Shown: positions 1-13,257, numbered from the stretch's first letter. The stretch is DNA of 49,204 nt from Paraspadella gotoi (GCA_051294375.1 CM119268.1:1412082-1461285), one strand, 5' to 3'. The notes: generated by a model from the sequence alone, not told the origin. Program-made: numbers and translations.

Positions 1-504
1 TATTGATCGTCTCTGTGGGTTTGGTTTATGAAGCTTTTACAGTGCGTACTATATTATGGGTACCGGTTAAGATTTTAAAGGTTTTAAAGGGTAAGTGTGA
101 AAATATATTGTTAAAATGCTATGCAATATGCAGTATGCACGTGTGATGATAAAATGTCACAAGATGACAAAATTTGATGTATATATATGTATATATGACA
201 AAAAATGTCACAAATAGCAGTAAGTACTTTGAGACTGACAAAATTATTTTACGTGATGAGTTAAGTTTGTATATATATATATAGTATTTTTTTATATTTT
301 ATCATGTTTTTTTTTAATGGTGGATGATGGATCCATTGCATTTAGATGGTGGACCTTTTTATGGCGACGCAGGATGAGTTTTTGCAAAGGAGTTTATGGA
401 TTCCGAATCTCATGCGTCGGACGATGAAGAATTTTTTTTCTTTTGGCTGCAGAAAACATTGGATGATTCCAACGGATGGAAAGAAAAGGAAACAAATGGA
501 ATTC

Positions 505-795
505 GTTCTTTTCTCAGAAATGCTTGAATCGATGTAAGCATTATGTTCTATTTCTCAGGAATTCTTGAATCCATGTAAGCATTACATTCTATTTCTCAGA
601 AATACTTGAATCCATGTAAGTATTACATTCTATTTCTCAGAAATACTTGAATCCATGTAAGCATTATGTTCTATTTCTCAGAAATGCTTGAATCTATGTA
701 AGCATTACATTCTATTTCTCAGAAATACTTGAATCNNNNNNNNNNNNNNNNNNNNNNNNNNNNNNNTGCTTTATTTGATGTAAGCATTACGTTCT
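505..795 (+). repeat. 41-bp minisatellite (ttctatttctcagaaatacttgaatccatgtaagcattaca); mirrored copy at ~1650-2005
   Basis: Units start at 546 and 587 and continue at 41-bp spacing, with no unique spacers. Confidence 0.9.
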
Positions 796-990
796 ATCAC
801 TTTTCTGCTCAAAGAGTGCAGCACAAGGAACCAAATCAAGAGGATCGTGAGAGGATCCCAAGAGGATTCCAAAAGGATCGTGCAAACGGCAAAGGCCATC
901 AGCGAGCAATGCCTTCTACGGGTGGCAGAAATTTGACTGAGGCGTGCAAAAAAAGAGTCTTAAGGTGGATTTAATCGTCGGAAGCGCCAG

Positions 991-1440
991 GGAGTATCGC
1001 CTTTGGAGTATCGCCATTGGAGTATTGCCTTTGGAGTATCGCCTTTGGAGAATCTCCTTTGAAGCATCGTCTTTGGAGTATCACCTTTGGAGTATCGCCT
1101 TTGAAGTATCGCCTTTGCTCAAGGACGACTCGGCTCGCATTCCTCCCCAAAGGCTGATACTTCAAAGGCATACTCAAAGGCGATACTTCAAAAGGCGATA
1201 CTCCAAAAGGTGATACTCCAAAGACGATGCTTCAAAGGATGCATTCTTCCCAAGGGCGATTGCTCCAAAGGAGATTTTCCAAAGGTGATACCCCAAAAGG
1301 ACGATCTCAAGGAGATCTCCAAAAGGCGATACTTCCAAAGGTGATACTCCAGAAGACGATGCCTTCAAAGGAGATTCTCCAAGCGATACTCCAAAGGCAA
1401 TACTCCAATTGGCGAATACTCCCAAGGCGCCGATACTCCC
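991..1440. repeat. 14-bp minisatellite (ggagtatcgccttt)n that flips orientation at ~1117-1147
   Basis: 9 units at 991-1116, then about 20 noisy reverse-complement units (aaaggcgatactcc). Confidence 0.9.
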
Positions 1441-2504
1441 TGGCGCTTCCGGACGATTAAATCCCACCTTAACGACTCGTTTTTGCACTGCCCTCAGTCA
1501 AATTTTCTGCCACCCGTTAGAAGGATGCTCGTGATGGCCTTTGCCTGTTTGCCTACGATCCTTTTGGAATCCTCTTGGGATCCCTCTCACGATCCTCTTT
1601 GATTTGCGTTCCTTGTGGCTGCCACTCTTTGAGCAGAAAAGTGACTAGAACGGTAATGCTTACATCAAATAAAGGCATTTTCTGAGAAACTAGAACGTTA
1701 TGCCTTACCCATCGATTTCAAGCATTTCTGAGAAATAGAATGGTAATGCTTACATGGATTCATAGTATTTCTGAGAAATAGAATGTAATGCTTTACATAA
1801 GATTCAAGCATTTCTGAGAAATAGAACATGAATGCGTTACATGGGATTCAAGTTATTTCTGAGAAATAAGAATGTAAATTACTTACATGGATTCACAGTA
1901 TTTTCTGAAGAAACTACGAATGTTATGCTTACATGGATTCCAAGAATTCCTGAGAAATAGAACATTAATGCTTACATCGATTCAAGGCATTTTCTGAGAA
2001 AAACGAATTCCATTTGTTTCCTATGGTTCTTGTCCATCCGTTTGGAATCATCCAATGTTTCTGCAGCCAAAAGAAAAAAAATTTCTTCATCGTCGCGACG
2101 CATGGAGATTTCGGAATCCGATAAAACTCCTTTGCAAAAACTATCCTGCGTCGCCATAAATAGGTCCACCATCTAAATGCAATCGGATCCATCATCCACC
2201 ATTAAAAAAAAAACATGATAATAAATAAAAAATACTATAATTTATATACCTATAACTCATCACGTTAAAATAATTTGCGATCATAATACTTACTGCTATT
2301 TTGCTTGACATTTTTTTGTCATAATATACATATATACCCTAACAATTCAAATTTTGCTTCTTGCTGACATTTATCATCACACGTGCATACTGCATATTGC
2401 AATAGTATTAACAATATATTTCACTACTATACCTTAAAACCTCTTAAAATCTAACCTCGGTACCCATAATATAGTACGCACTGAAAAGCGTCATAAACCA
2501 AACC

Positions 2505-2845
2505 CGAGACGATCAATAACCCCCTTTTCAAACCCCAAGAGCCCAAATCGAAAACCCTTTCCAACCCCCAGAGCTGACTCAAAAACCCCCTTTCAACCCA
2601 CAAAGGCGATTTGAAAACCCCTAATTCTTCTCCCCCAGCAGAAACGATTCGGAAAATCCCCTTTTCCAACCCCCAGGAGCCGATCAAAACCCCCTTTTTA
2701 ACCCCATAAGGCGATTGAAAACCCCCGCTTTTCACCCAACAGAAGCCGATTCAAAAACCCCACTTTCCAACCCAGAGCGATCATAAAACCCCCTTTTCAA
2801 CCCCCAGAAAGAATCCGACTCAAATCCCCTTTTCCACCGCGGTCT
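2505..2845 (+). repeat. ~31-bp degenerate minisatellite (aaaacccccttttcaacccccaggagccgatc)
   Basis: About 10 degenerate units are visible. Confidence 0.8.
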
Positions 2846-3054
2846 CCTAACTTCCCCAAATTTCCTTCAATGCACCACGACTCCACCCCCATGTCCCCCC
2901 CAACTCCACCCAATTTCGTCGGCAGCGAATTTGATTCTGTCTATTCTCAGGCTGCGACTTTTTCCCCCCCTTCATTCGTTTGAATGTTGTTGGACGCTCG
3001 ACGCCGCGCGCCACGCCGCGCCACGCTGCGCTCAGTCCCGGCGGATCTTTTTTG

Positions 3055-3630
3055 GCGCCAGTAGATGGCGTCGTTGATTGCCACGTTTGCCAGTTTAGCA
3101 TGACATTACTGATTGCCACGTTTGCCAGTCGATTTGGCCGTCATTGATTAATCACGTTTCGCCAGTAGGTTGGGCGTCATTGATTGCGAAATGTTCACCA
3201 GTAGATGGTGTCGTTAGTGATCGGAAAAATTGATTTTGTCAGTTGTCGCTGCATACTTGCGGAGTATCTCTATTAAGAACTTTTGGTCAATCTGTTGGTC
3301 TGCTCTTTCTGGTTTGGTTTGGTCGATATGTCTGCCCCACTTATGTTAAAGAATGCACAAAATTTGGCCTATAGTCGGCTTGCTCATTTGGTTAAGCACA
3401 GAAAAAAAAACTCCAAATCTAATGTGTACTGCTAGCACCCCCTTTTCAATTTAAATCCTAAAATTATAAGGAATTAAATAAAAGACTCAATGCATTGCAT
3501 GTCATAAATTCAAAGGCTAAAGAAAGTACGGATGGCGTCATTGAATTGCCACCTTTTCGCCAGTAGAGGCGTTATTTTGATTGCCACGATTCACCCAGTA
3601 GATTGTGTCTATTGATTTTCACGTTTCGCC
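3055..3630 (+). repeat. ~31-36-bp degenerate repeat (ccagtagatggcgtcgttgattgccacgtttg) containing CTCF-like motifs
   Basis: Units at ~3058, 3090, 3125, 3161, 3198, 3527, 3560 and 3596. CCAGTAGATGGCG (3058-3070) fits CCASYAGRKGGCR. Confidence 0.7.
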
Positions 3631-3891
3631 TCTCGTGGAGGCGGAGTGCTCAACTGCATAGTTGGCTTGAGGACGTACAATACTTTTAACACTTTTCAAA
3701 TTTGAGCGAAACATACTATGACATTGCAACAAGAGTACGCATTGCCATCTCTCTTTAGCNNNNNNNNNNNNNNNNNNNNNNNNNGGGGGGGGGCGACGAA
3801 AAAAAAAGGGCAGGTGATCCCCTTAATGCTTTTGGACGAAAGAAGTAGAACGAGTTTAACGACAACAAAATAGAGGAAAAGAAGAAAATAA

Positions 3892-4065
3892 GACGACGAT
3901 GATGACGACGATGATGACGACGACGATGATGACGATGATGATTATCCAGACGAAGAAAAGGAAGAAAACATGACTGTCGACAAAGACAAAGATGATAACG
4001 ACGATGACAACAAAGAAGTAAATGATAATACAGAAAGCGTGGATGATGTCAACGACGTCGAATGA
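3892..4065 (+). other. Asp/Glu-rich stop-free frame (D17-YPDEEKEENMTVDKDK...VE*): possible terminal exon or decayed (GAY)n repeat
   Basis: 58 codons ending in TGA with mixed GAC/GAT codons. No recognisable domain. Confidence 0.2.
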
Positions 4066-4239
4066 AAAAAAAAAACAATAAAATTGTTGGGAAAACGACA
4101 ACTACTATAATAACGACTAACAAGAAGACGTAACCATGGCAACCAAAAACAACAAGACGAGAAGTCGAGAGCAAAGAAAAGTTTTTTTTTCCGTCGAAGA
4201 ATCGCAGATGGGAGAGACTGAAACTGCGGGGGAAAGAAA

Positions 4240-4725
4240 AACGTAAAGAAAAGAGAGGAAAAGAGAGGAAAAGGAAAGAAAGGTAAAGAAAAGAAAAGAA
4301 AGGTAAAAAAAAAGAGAGGAAAAAAGAGGAAAAGAAAAGAAAGGTAAAGAAAAGAAAAGAAAGGTAAAGAAAAGAAAAGAAAAGAGAGGAAAAGAGAGGA
4401 AAAGAAAAGAAAGGTAAAGAAAAGAAAAGAAAGGTAAAGAAAAAAAGAGAGGAAAAAAGAGGAAACGAAATGAAAAGAAAGATAAAGAAAGGAAAAGAAA
4501 AGAAAAGAAAGGTAAAGAAAAGAAAAGAAAAGAAAAGAAAAGAAAAGAGAGAAAAAGAGAGGAAAAGAAAAGAAAGGTAAAGAAAAGAAAAGAAAGGTAA
4601 AGAAAAAAAGAAAAGAAAAAAGAGGAAAAGAAAAGAAAGGTAAAGAAAATAAAAGGAAGGTAAAGAAAAGAAAAGAAAAGAAAAGAAAAGAAAGGTAAAA
4701 AAAAGAAAAAGAAAAGTAAAGAGAA
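4240..4725 (+). repeat. Polypurine satellite (gaaaggtaaagaaaagaaaa / aaaag)n
   Basis: Read directly. Explains the F/L/S-rich minus-strand ORFs. Confidence 0.9.
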
Positions 4726-5134
4726 ATTGCCAACTGCGCGTGTCATCCCCGTAATGTAACTCGGTAACTCTTACTAGAAAACTAGAGCAGAAAGTAATTT
4801 TAAACCTTGTGTTGTGTAGATACTCCCTCTATTTCAAGAAGACATCACTAGGTAACATCCCTGTCCCCATTATTTCATTAAATAAGAAATAAATAATAGT
4901 AAACTCTAATACTTAACTAATTTATTCTAATATAAGTAAAACAAGTAATCTTGCAATTTTTTATATATAAAAATATGGATTTCAAAAATAAGCCAGGATG
5001 GCAACTGGCAAGACCCTGCAAGAGTTACGCACCGTCTAGTTTATTAACTTCTAGACTACTTGGCTACTTGAAAGTACTTGACTACTTGTGGGGGGTCTTA
5101 TCGTAAGATTCCCTACAATTTTTTTGTCATTTTG

Positions 5135-6070
5135 TTTTTAGCCGGATTTTCTTACAGCAGATTCCGGCTCTATAATCCACTTTTTCAATCCGTCTGTCTC
5201 TCTGTCTGTCTGTCCGCCCGTCCGCCCGTCCGCCCGTCCGCCCGTCCGCCCGTCCGCACGTCCGTCCATCCCTCGTTAGCTTTGAACGTCAATAACTCAT
5301 GAGTGGATGGGGCGATTGACTTGAAATTTAAAATTTTAGTAGGAAAATGTGTGATTGAGCCGGAAATCAAGTTTCGATAGAATAGTTCAAGTGGAAATGA
5401 GTTAAAATGGAAAAAAACAAAAAAATATATTTCACTATTTGATTTTTCCTTTTTTTTATACTATCTAGGGAAAAAGTATATAGCATAATTCATTTATTTA
5501 ATAAAAAGTATACAAAACATGGGTAAAACATTCTCAATATTTGGTATGCCCTTCCTCGGTATCAACTACTGCCTGCATTCGTCTGGGCATGCTCTCATAC
5601 AGCAAATTGAGGTATGAGAGTGAAATTTTTTTAAACATCTTTAACAAAATTCTTTTCAGCCCCGATGTTGATGTTGCATGTCTTTCCCTCTTTTTTAAAA
5701 GGTATAATAGCACTTTTTTGATCCAAAAAAAGGTGCAAGGCCTTTAGCATTGCCAAATTAAAGAAAATAAAAAAAATAACTAACTGTATTGGAAATAAAA
5801 ATAAATAACTAAATACCAAAAATGGAAGAAAACTAAATATGATTTTTTTCGCCATTTTTCATTAGAAGTAACAATATTTTTTGGCCTGTAACTTCTAAAC
5901 AATTTGATCTACAAAAAAATAATTTATTAATTAATGTTGTGATCGAGATTGTTGTTTTGTGATTGTAAAGCGAGACAGAGTGGAAAACGGTTTTGAGGTG
6001 AATAAAAAAAATAATATGTGGCGGTATATTCACACCGCTTTACGACCACCATCGTTAATTAATAAATTAA
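5135..6070 (+). mobile_element. DINE-1/HINE-like (Helentron-associated) non-autonomous element, copy 1, interrupted by a Tc1 remnant
   Basis: T-run, then imperfect hairpin gccggattttct-tac-agcagattccggc (5141-5168), (GTCC/GTCT)n microsatellite and gattgacttgaaattt core. Homologous to the inverted copy at 6690-7460. Confidence 0.6.
5534..5750 (-). pseudogene. Internally deleted Tc1/mariner-family transposase
   Basis: Minus strand ~5615-5534 reads SYLNLLYESMPRRMQAVVDTEEGHTKY*, the typical Tc1 C-terminus (SMPRR..AV...GG.TKY). The ATG at 5750 gives MLKALHLFLDQKSAIIPFKKEGKT, resembling a Tc1 N-terminus. The DDE core is absent. Confidence 0.8.
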
Positions 6071-6269
6071 TTAATCAATTTGACAGCTTATTTTTGGCGA
6101 CGACAAAGGTTTGACTGGGACAACAACAACAACAATGACGAGGATAACATCAACGACGAGAGAGGAGGAGGAGGAAGGAGCAACTGACGCCGAAGTCGGG
6201 AAGGAATAAATGTGAGAAAGAAAAGTCCTTTTAAAAACTAATTGGTTGATGGGAAATGCAGATTGCGGA

Positions 6270-6435
<166 letters not shown>

Positions 6436-6689
6436 TGGATTAATGTGGAAGACAAGAAAGAAAAAAAGAAAGAAAGAAAGAAAGAATAGAAAATAAAAGG
6501 AAAAAAGATAGAAAGGTAGTCATAATTAGGAGAGAAAGGAGCAAATCTGGCCCAAGTGAGAAGAAAAGAAAAGAAGCGATAAAGGGAGACGCAGTTGGAC
6601 GATGAAAACGAGAAGGAAAAAAACACGTATGAGCAAACAATGCCGGATCTGCCAACGGTCATTAGCGGTAAGCAGCTGATTAGATAATT

Positions 6690-7460
6690 AATTATTAAAT
6701 TAATTAATTAATTAATTAATTAATATCAATATTTTTTTATTTTCGTCAAAATTGTTTTCCACTTTATCTGGCTTCTCAATCACAAAACAACAATCTCGAT
6801 CTCAACATAAATTAATAAATTAATTAATTACAAAATAATCTTAATTAATTAATTAATTACTATTTTATTATTAATTAATTAAGACAGCTTGAATTTACAG
6901 TTAATATATAAAGAAAAGAGCATAATCACATTGTGAAATAGATTTTTTGTTTTTTCTATTTAACTCATTTTCACTCAAACGATTCCATCAAAACTTAATT
7001 TCCAGGTTAATCACACTCTCTCCTACGCACATACAAAATTTCAAGTCAATCGTCCCAACAATAATGAGTAATTGGCGTAAGAGGGGACGGACAGACGAAC
7101 AGAACGGGACGGACGAAACGGAACGGCAGACGGACAGCGGACGGACGGACGGAAGGACGGATGGAAGGACGGGACGGATGGACGGACGGACGGACGGACG
7201 GACGGGACGTGCGGACGAACGAGACGGATGAGGACGGACGGACGGACGGACGGATGGGACGGACGGACGGAGGACGGACATGGATGAGACGGTCGGACGG
7301 ACGGACGAGACGGACATCAATTTTTTTGCATAATTTATCATAATTTGTATATTCTAACATGATCTCCAGTGTCTTACGACAAGATTTTGGGGTGGGACCG
7401 ACAATGGACCCGACAATGGATATAGAGCCGGAATCTGCTGTAAGCAGATACGGCATAAAA
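6690..7460 (-). mobile_element. DINE-1/HINE-like element, copy 2, inverted relative to copy 1
   Basis: Hairpin gccggaatctgct-gta-agcagatacggc (7427-7454) next to an A-run, (GGAC)n at 7085-7315 and aaatttcaagtcaatcg core. 6725-6830 mirrors 5915-6020. Confidence 0.6.
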
Positions 7461-7958
7461 AGAACGTGAAAAAAAGAGAACGTGAAGAAAATAATAGAAA
7501 GGAAAAAACGAGAATTGAAAAAAAAAGAAAGGAAAAAAAGAAAAGAAGAAAGAAAAGTTAAGACGTTAGAAATTTAAACCCTGGTAGAAAAAAAAGGTAA
7601 AAGGGAAAAACAGGAGGGTAATGACTGAATATGATAATGAATGAATCGAATGAATGCAATGATGTAATGAATGAAATGAACTGATGAATGATATGAATGA
7701 ATGAATGAAAGAAAAGAGACTGAAAAAAAAAAGAATAAAAAACTGTAAAAGACAGATAAAGAAAGGTGGGAAAAGAGAAGAGAAGGAGAGAGAGACGCGA
7801 GAGATAGAGAGATGAGAGAGAGATGAGAATAAAAGTAAAACATGAAAATACAAAGTTCGGTCAAAAGAATGAAAAAAACAGACGCATACCTATCAGTGCA
7901 TATATGCAGCCAGAAGCGAAAGAGAGAGGAGAGAGAGACGAGAGCAGAGAGAGAGAGA

Positions 7959-7990
<32 letters not shown>

Positions 7991-9274
7991 TAAAGAAGCA
8001 GAGAGAAGAGAGAAAGAGAAGAGAGAGAGAAAGCGTCCATTCTGAAAGGAGAAAATGGAAAGAAAAATTCCTTCCCACTTAGTAGCTGATCCGACTTCTT
8101 AGGGAATTGCCACCGTGTCTGTCTTCTCCCGCACCCCCTTTTTCTTGCCCATCCCATGCTCGGGCCAACGAGGTCGCATCAACCCCCCCCGCCCTTTGCT
8201 CCCCCATTCCTGCTCCCCGCCCCTCGTCTCAACCCGACGTGTGATTTACATCGAAAAGATAAATCCGTCACATTTTGGTGGAAAAGAATCGTTTTTGTGC
8301 TGGAAAATCAACGGTCTCTACCTGAGAGGAGGATATGGAGGAATGGAGGCGGGCAGAGACGGGCGGGAGACGGACAGAGACGGGCGGAAGCGTGATTTGC
8401 GCCCGGACGTGAAAGACGTGAGCAAGAGCGCGATTGTGAGAAGTACGGGTTGTGCTGTACGATCGGGCTTCGAAGACGTTCTTGTATAAGAGTGAATTTT
8501 TTTTTGATCAAAAAAGAGAAAAATTTTCAAATCCCAAAGGATGGCGAGTGGCCAAGTCGCTAAAATCTATATAATCTCTAAACCAGGTGGTTTCATTGCA
8601 TTAATAGAGTAACACGAGACGAGTCCTAATGATATATATGCGCCTTAAGCTTAAGTTTACTTTTTATCTGAATTTAATGTATGCCAGTCATATTTTCAAT
8701 GACACAATCACTGGCGTTTTTTTATATAAAACTATATATTAAAACTTATAGTGTCGACTGTGGCGAATGCCCGAAATTCGCCACCGGTATAGCTTAGTGA
8801 ACTCTGCTTCTACATTAGCTTGGCCAGCTATGTACTTCGTTCACCAACGTGAGTTCCTGGTTCACATATCTCTCTACTGGTCACCGCTGGTTAAGTTTGA
8901 CGTGCTGTCGGCATAAACATGCCGTGTTATGAGGTGGCAGCTGCAGGTCCAAACCCTGAGTCCGCCAGCTGTTGGTATATGCCTCACACACTGGGCATCA
9001 ACATGTCTCCCTCGTTGCCACATATGACCCTGTTTTAAGTTGAAAGTGAACGGATGTCCGATTGTCAGCGCGTTCCATGCGTGACCAAATGATTCAACCG
9101 CAAGGTCAATGAAGTCACAAGACTTCAGCTTCAGGACATTCTTTTGTCGATTTAAGTTTGTTTTTCCGTCCAAAGGTGGGAAGTTGAGCAGTTATGTTAA
9201 GCTATTTCCTAAAGGTAAACACTTAACCCAAAATGTATTAGTGAGAATTATTGATAGTGATTAAAAAAGGGTGA

Positions 9275-9480
9275 TAGTAACTGAAAGTAGCCAGTATGGC
9301 TGAATATGCATGAGAGTGACTGAAAGTGTCTGAAAGTGGCTGAGAATGGCTGAGAGGTGGCTGAAAGAAGTCAATAGTGGGTGAGAGTGGCTGAAAGAGG
9401 TCAATAGTGGGTGAGAGTGGCTAAGAGAGGTCAATAAGTGGCTGAGAACGGCAGAGTACTGCTGAGAGTGTCTTCAAAGC
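9275..9480 (+). repeat. gtggctgaga/aa-based degenerate minisatellite (10/30-bp period); mirrored at ~13535-13740
   Basis: gtggctgaaagaggtcaatagtgggtgaga is repeated. Confidence 0.8.
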
Positions 9481-10748
9481 CACTGAACCGACTGAGTGAA
9501 AGAGAAGAAAAAAAGGACAATAGATTCTCTCGGCGACTCAACCGACTGCACGACGCTTCCTTCTTTCTTCCTTTCCTTTTTTTTTAATTTTTTTTTCTTT
9601 TTTTCCGCCGAAACGTCGATATCTGTCCCATCCTCTCCACCCCTTCTTCCCCCCTCTCCCCCCCCCTCTCCCCCCCCTTCCCCCCACAGGCTCGTCCAAA
9701 GACCGTCAATGATAAATCGGTCTCAGTCCGGATTTTTTTAAAGGTCAGTCTCTCTCTCTCTCTCTCTCTCTTCGTATCTCTCTCTTTCCGCCTTTTCTCT
9801 AAGAGGGCCCGCATCGCGCATTTTTCGTTACTTCGTCTCCGGCGGGGACTCGGACGACTTCATTTGCGTCGAATCCGAGGCGTTAACTCTCCGCTCTTCG
9901 CTGTCTCGTTTTTCCTGTCTCCTCGTCTCTGTCTCTCTCTCTCTCTCTCTCTCTTCTCATCTCCTCTCTCTCTCATCTCTCTCTCTCCTTTCTCTCCCCT
10001 CTCTATGCATTTATTCGATTTTCTTATGCGTCGTTCATTTGACACAACACAACCCTGATACAATTGGATAAAATCCAAAGTCTGCAAGAGACTCTTCCTC
10101 CAACTGATATCTCGAATGAATGCGCAATTTCAAGATTACACAATTCTTTGAAGAGTTTTTTTTTAAAGAATTTTATTATCTCAAAGTAATTGTAAACTTA
10201 CTTATTTCACTATTATAAGTTTTAAATTTTAAAATTTTTCATATATGAAATTGGTACAACCAATTTAAAAAGTATCCATTCATTGAATAAATAAGCTATC
10301 TTGCCCCTGACTTTGGATAGGCTTTGGTGGTTTAAGGCCTGCATCATTCTTACAGACAATGCCAAAGCAGATCTTTGCAAGTTTTCAATCAAGACTCTCT
10401 CACAGTCTCGTTTATTCACTCCCAGAGTATCTGGCTTTCAATGAAGTGGTATAATATTTCGAAGAATGTTTCAATTGTATAAAAAAACCACTCCTTCAAG
10501 TATTATTTTATTCATTTTATATTTATATATATATTTTTATTGCCTTTTTTCAAACGCTTCACGGCTCAATACGATGGCCTCTATCCTCCTTCTACCCACT
10601 TTTTTTTACCTCTTCTCTTCCCCCCTTCCACTTTTTTTTCAACCCCCTTCTACACCCCTCGACCTCGAACCAAATTTCGTCGAAACAACAAAAACCCATT
10701 ACTGGTCGTGACACAATTTTTCTCGGCTTTGCTCAGGCGAGCGCTTGA

Positions 10749-10789
<41 letters not shown>

Positions 10790-10802
10790 TCTCTTCTCTC
10801 TC

Positions 10803-10840
<38 letters not shown>

Positions 10841-11044
10841 GCTTTGTTTCTTTTCGAGGTTTTTCACTTTTTCGACGCCGGCACTCGCCGCCCTGACCAC
10901 GCCGGTTAGCGCCGGAAGGAGCGCCGACGTCGGGCGTCTGATCCCTCGTGTTTTTTCGTTTTTTTCGATTCCAATTTCTTTCTTTCCGTTTTTATTTCCT
11001 TTTTTAATTTTTATTCCTTAAATTTATTTTTTAAGTCATACAAT

Positions 11045-11290
11045 TGGGTTGGAGAGAATAAATTTAACTTTGAATTCAAGTTAAATCTGGAGTCAGCCAG
11101 TTTGGATCGTTCAAAGAGAGAGAATGAAGTTAACCTGAATTTCAGTTAATTTCTGAGTTCATCCAGTTGGATCGTCAAGAGATGAGAATGAATTTAACTG
11201 ATTAAAGTTAAATTCCTAAGTCAGGCCAGTTTGGATCGCAAAGTCCGTACTGTTGGATCGGCAAAGTCGGCTACCTGTTGGATCGGCCAA
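11045..11290 (+). repeat. ~62-65-bp tandem repeat in the palindrome spacer
   Basis: ccagtttggatcg...gagagaatgaa.ttaac recurs at ~11097, 11164 and 11226. Confidence 0.7.
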
Positions 11291-11499
11291 GCCCGCTACA
11301 GATCACTTAAACTCATTAGATATCAACTATTAGATCCATATATATTTTTATTTTCAAAAATTTATTTACACATCCATTTTTTTTATGATTTATCTTTCTC
11401 AGTCCGATTCTTCGTATCCCGCGTCTTCGTCCGTTTTCTCTCCACGGCCACGGAACTTCCTGGAGTTGTCAGCCGGCCGCAGCCGCAGCCCACTCGACG

Positions 11500-11530
<31 letters not shown>

Positions 11531-11700
11531 CTCAAGCGCTCGCCTGCAGCAAAGCCGTAGAAAAATTGTGTTCACGACAGTAATGGGTTTTTGTTTGTTT
11601 CGTACGAAATTTGGTTCGAGTCGATGGGTGTAGAAGTGGGGTTGAAAAAAAAAGTGGAAGGGGGGAATGAGAGAGGTAAAAAAAAATGTGGTAGGAAAGT

Positions 11701-12314
11701 TAGAGCAACTCGTCAATGGGGTGGGTCAGAAGTTTGATTTGGGAACCTTTTCCAAATTGAAACTCATTACATTCTCTGAGAAAACTTTCAATGGAGCAAA
11801 GTTTCTAAAATGGCAAGAAGCTATAGTAATTAATTTTTCATATTTATTTATAGATGGATAATGTCAAAAATTTTTTTTTGGAATTTTTATTTTTAAAAGC
11901 AGATTCAAATAGCTATGAAAGTTATCTACACAAAGTATTAATTCTTTTTTCCATAATTTTGATGTATAAGTGGGTTTTAAATTGAGAAAACCCTTAAAAA
12001 TCATCATCATCATCATTCATCGATGGATTTTTAGCGTTTTTTACTAATTTTTAGTTAATAAAAACATCAAAATTTTAAAAAAGTTGTAATTTATTTTTTG
12101 CTTCTTTTTAAGCTCTATCAGAATTTCAATTTAAAAAACTTCAAATATCCAAAAAAAATTTTGACATTATATACAATATTTAATTAATATTAATTAGCGG
12201 ATTACTCATGGTTCGACATTTTTGCAAAAAAAATATTTTAACACATAATTAATACCAATATTGGATTAGTTTAATGCTGTTCCCATTAAATTTGAATTTG
12301 GTCGCTACCGGCTA
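11701..12314. mobile_element. hAT-like non-autonomous DNA transposon, insertion A
   Basis: Absent from the left arm (empty site ccttctac at 10588-10595). Flanked by gtaggaaag (11691-11699, noisy) and gtagaagg (12315-12322), an 8-bp TSD. Ends are tagagc...ggtcgctaccggcta. Confidence 0.7.
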
Positions 12315-12964
12315 GTAGAAGGAGGAAGAGGCCATCGTATGAGCCGCTGAAGCGTTTGAAATAAAGGGCAATTAAAAATATTATATATAAATATAAAAAT
12401 TGATAAAATAATACTTGAAGGAGTTGGTTTTTTTATTAACAATGAAACATTCTTCGAAATTGATTATTACCACTTTCATTGAAAGCTCAGATACTCTGGG
12501 TAGTGAATAACGAGACTGGTGAGATGAGTCTTGATATGAATAACTTGCAAAAAGATTCTGCTTTTGGCATTGTCTGTAAGAATGATTGCAGGCCTTTAAA
12601 ACCACCAAAGCCCTATGCAAGATCAGGGGCAAGATAGCTTATTTATTCAATGAAATGGATACTTTTTAAATGGTTTTTGTACCCAATTTCATTTATGAAA
12701 AAAAATTTTAAAATTTTAAAAACTTATAATAGTTGTTGAAATAAGTAAGTTTACAATTACTTTGAGATAATTAAAAATTCTTTAATAAAAATAACTCCTT
12801 TTCAAAGAATTGTTGTATGTTAATCTTGAAATTTGCGCATTCATTCGAGATATCAGTGAGTGAAGAGTCTCTTGCAGACTTGGATTTCATCCAATTGTAT
12901 CGGGTTGTGTTCTGTGTCAAATGGAAAACGACGATAAGAAAATTCGAATTAAATGCGATGGGGG

Positions 12965-12998
<34 letters not shown>

Positions 12999-13225
12999 CT
13001 GAGAGAGAGAGGACAGAGACCGAGAGACAGAAAAAAACGAGACAGCAGAGCGAGAGTTAACGCTCGGTTACGTAACGCAATGGAAGGTCGTCCGAGTCCG
13101 CCGGGACGAAAGGAAGAAACGGAAAAATGCGCGATGCTGGCCTCTTTATGAGAAAGCAGAGAGAGAGAGAGATGAGATGAGAGAGAGAGAGAGAGAGAGA
13201 GAGATGAGAGAGAGAGAGATTAGAT

Positions 13226-13257
<32 letters not shown>

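Larger units (their letters stand above)
1..2518. repeat. ~2.5-kb fold-back (inverted duplication), arms 1-1116 and ~1148-2518
   Basis: 1-80 (tattgatcgtctc...gggtaccggttaag) is the reverse complement of ~2441-2518. Internal repeats are mirrored and the arms differ mainly by small indels. Confidence 0.95.

Noticed and set aside
1117-1147. Palindrome linker as a PacBio SMRTbell adapter remnant
   Set aside because: The similarity is only vague, and the arms have unequal repeat counts.
505-1440. 41-bp and 14-bp arrays as CRISPR
   Set aside because: They are head-to-tail units with no unique spacers, no cas genes and a eukaryotic context.
3942-4746. Long F/L/S-rich ORFs, and all ER-, SL- and K-rich ORFs in the track
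   Set aside because: They are translations of (AAAAG)n, (GA)n and (TTTC)n tracts, open in several frames, with no domain.
8935-8975. cagg-tccaaac-cctg as a second twister P4/L4
   Set aside because: There is no correctly placed GA plus T1 partner or UAA/P2, and the two arm copies disagree.
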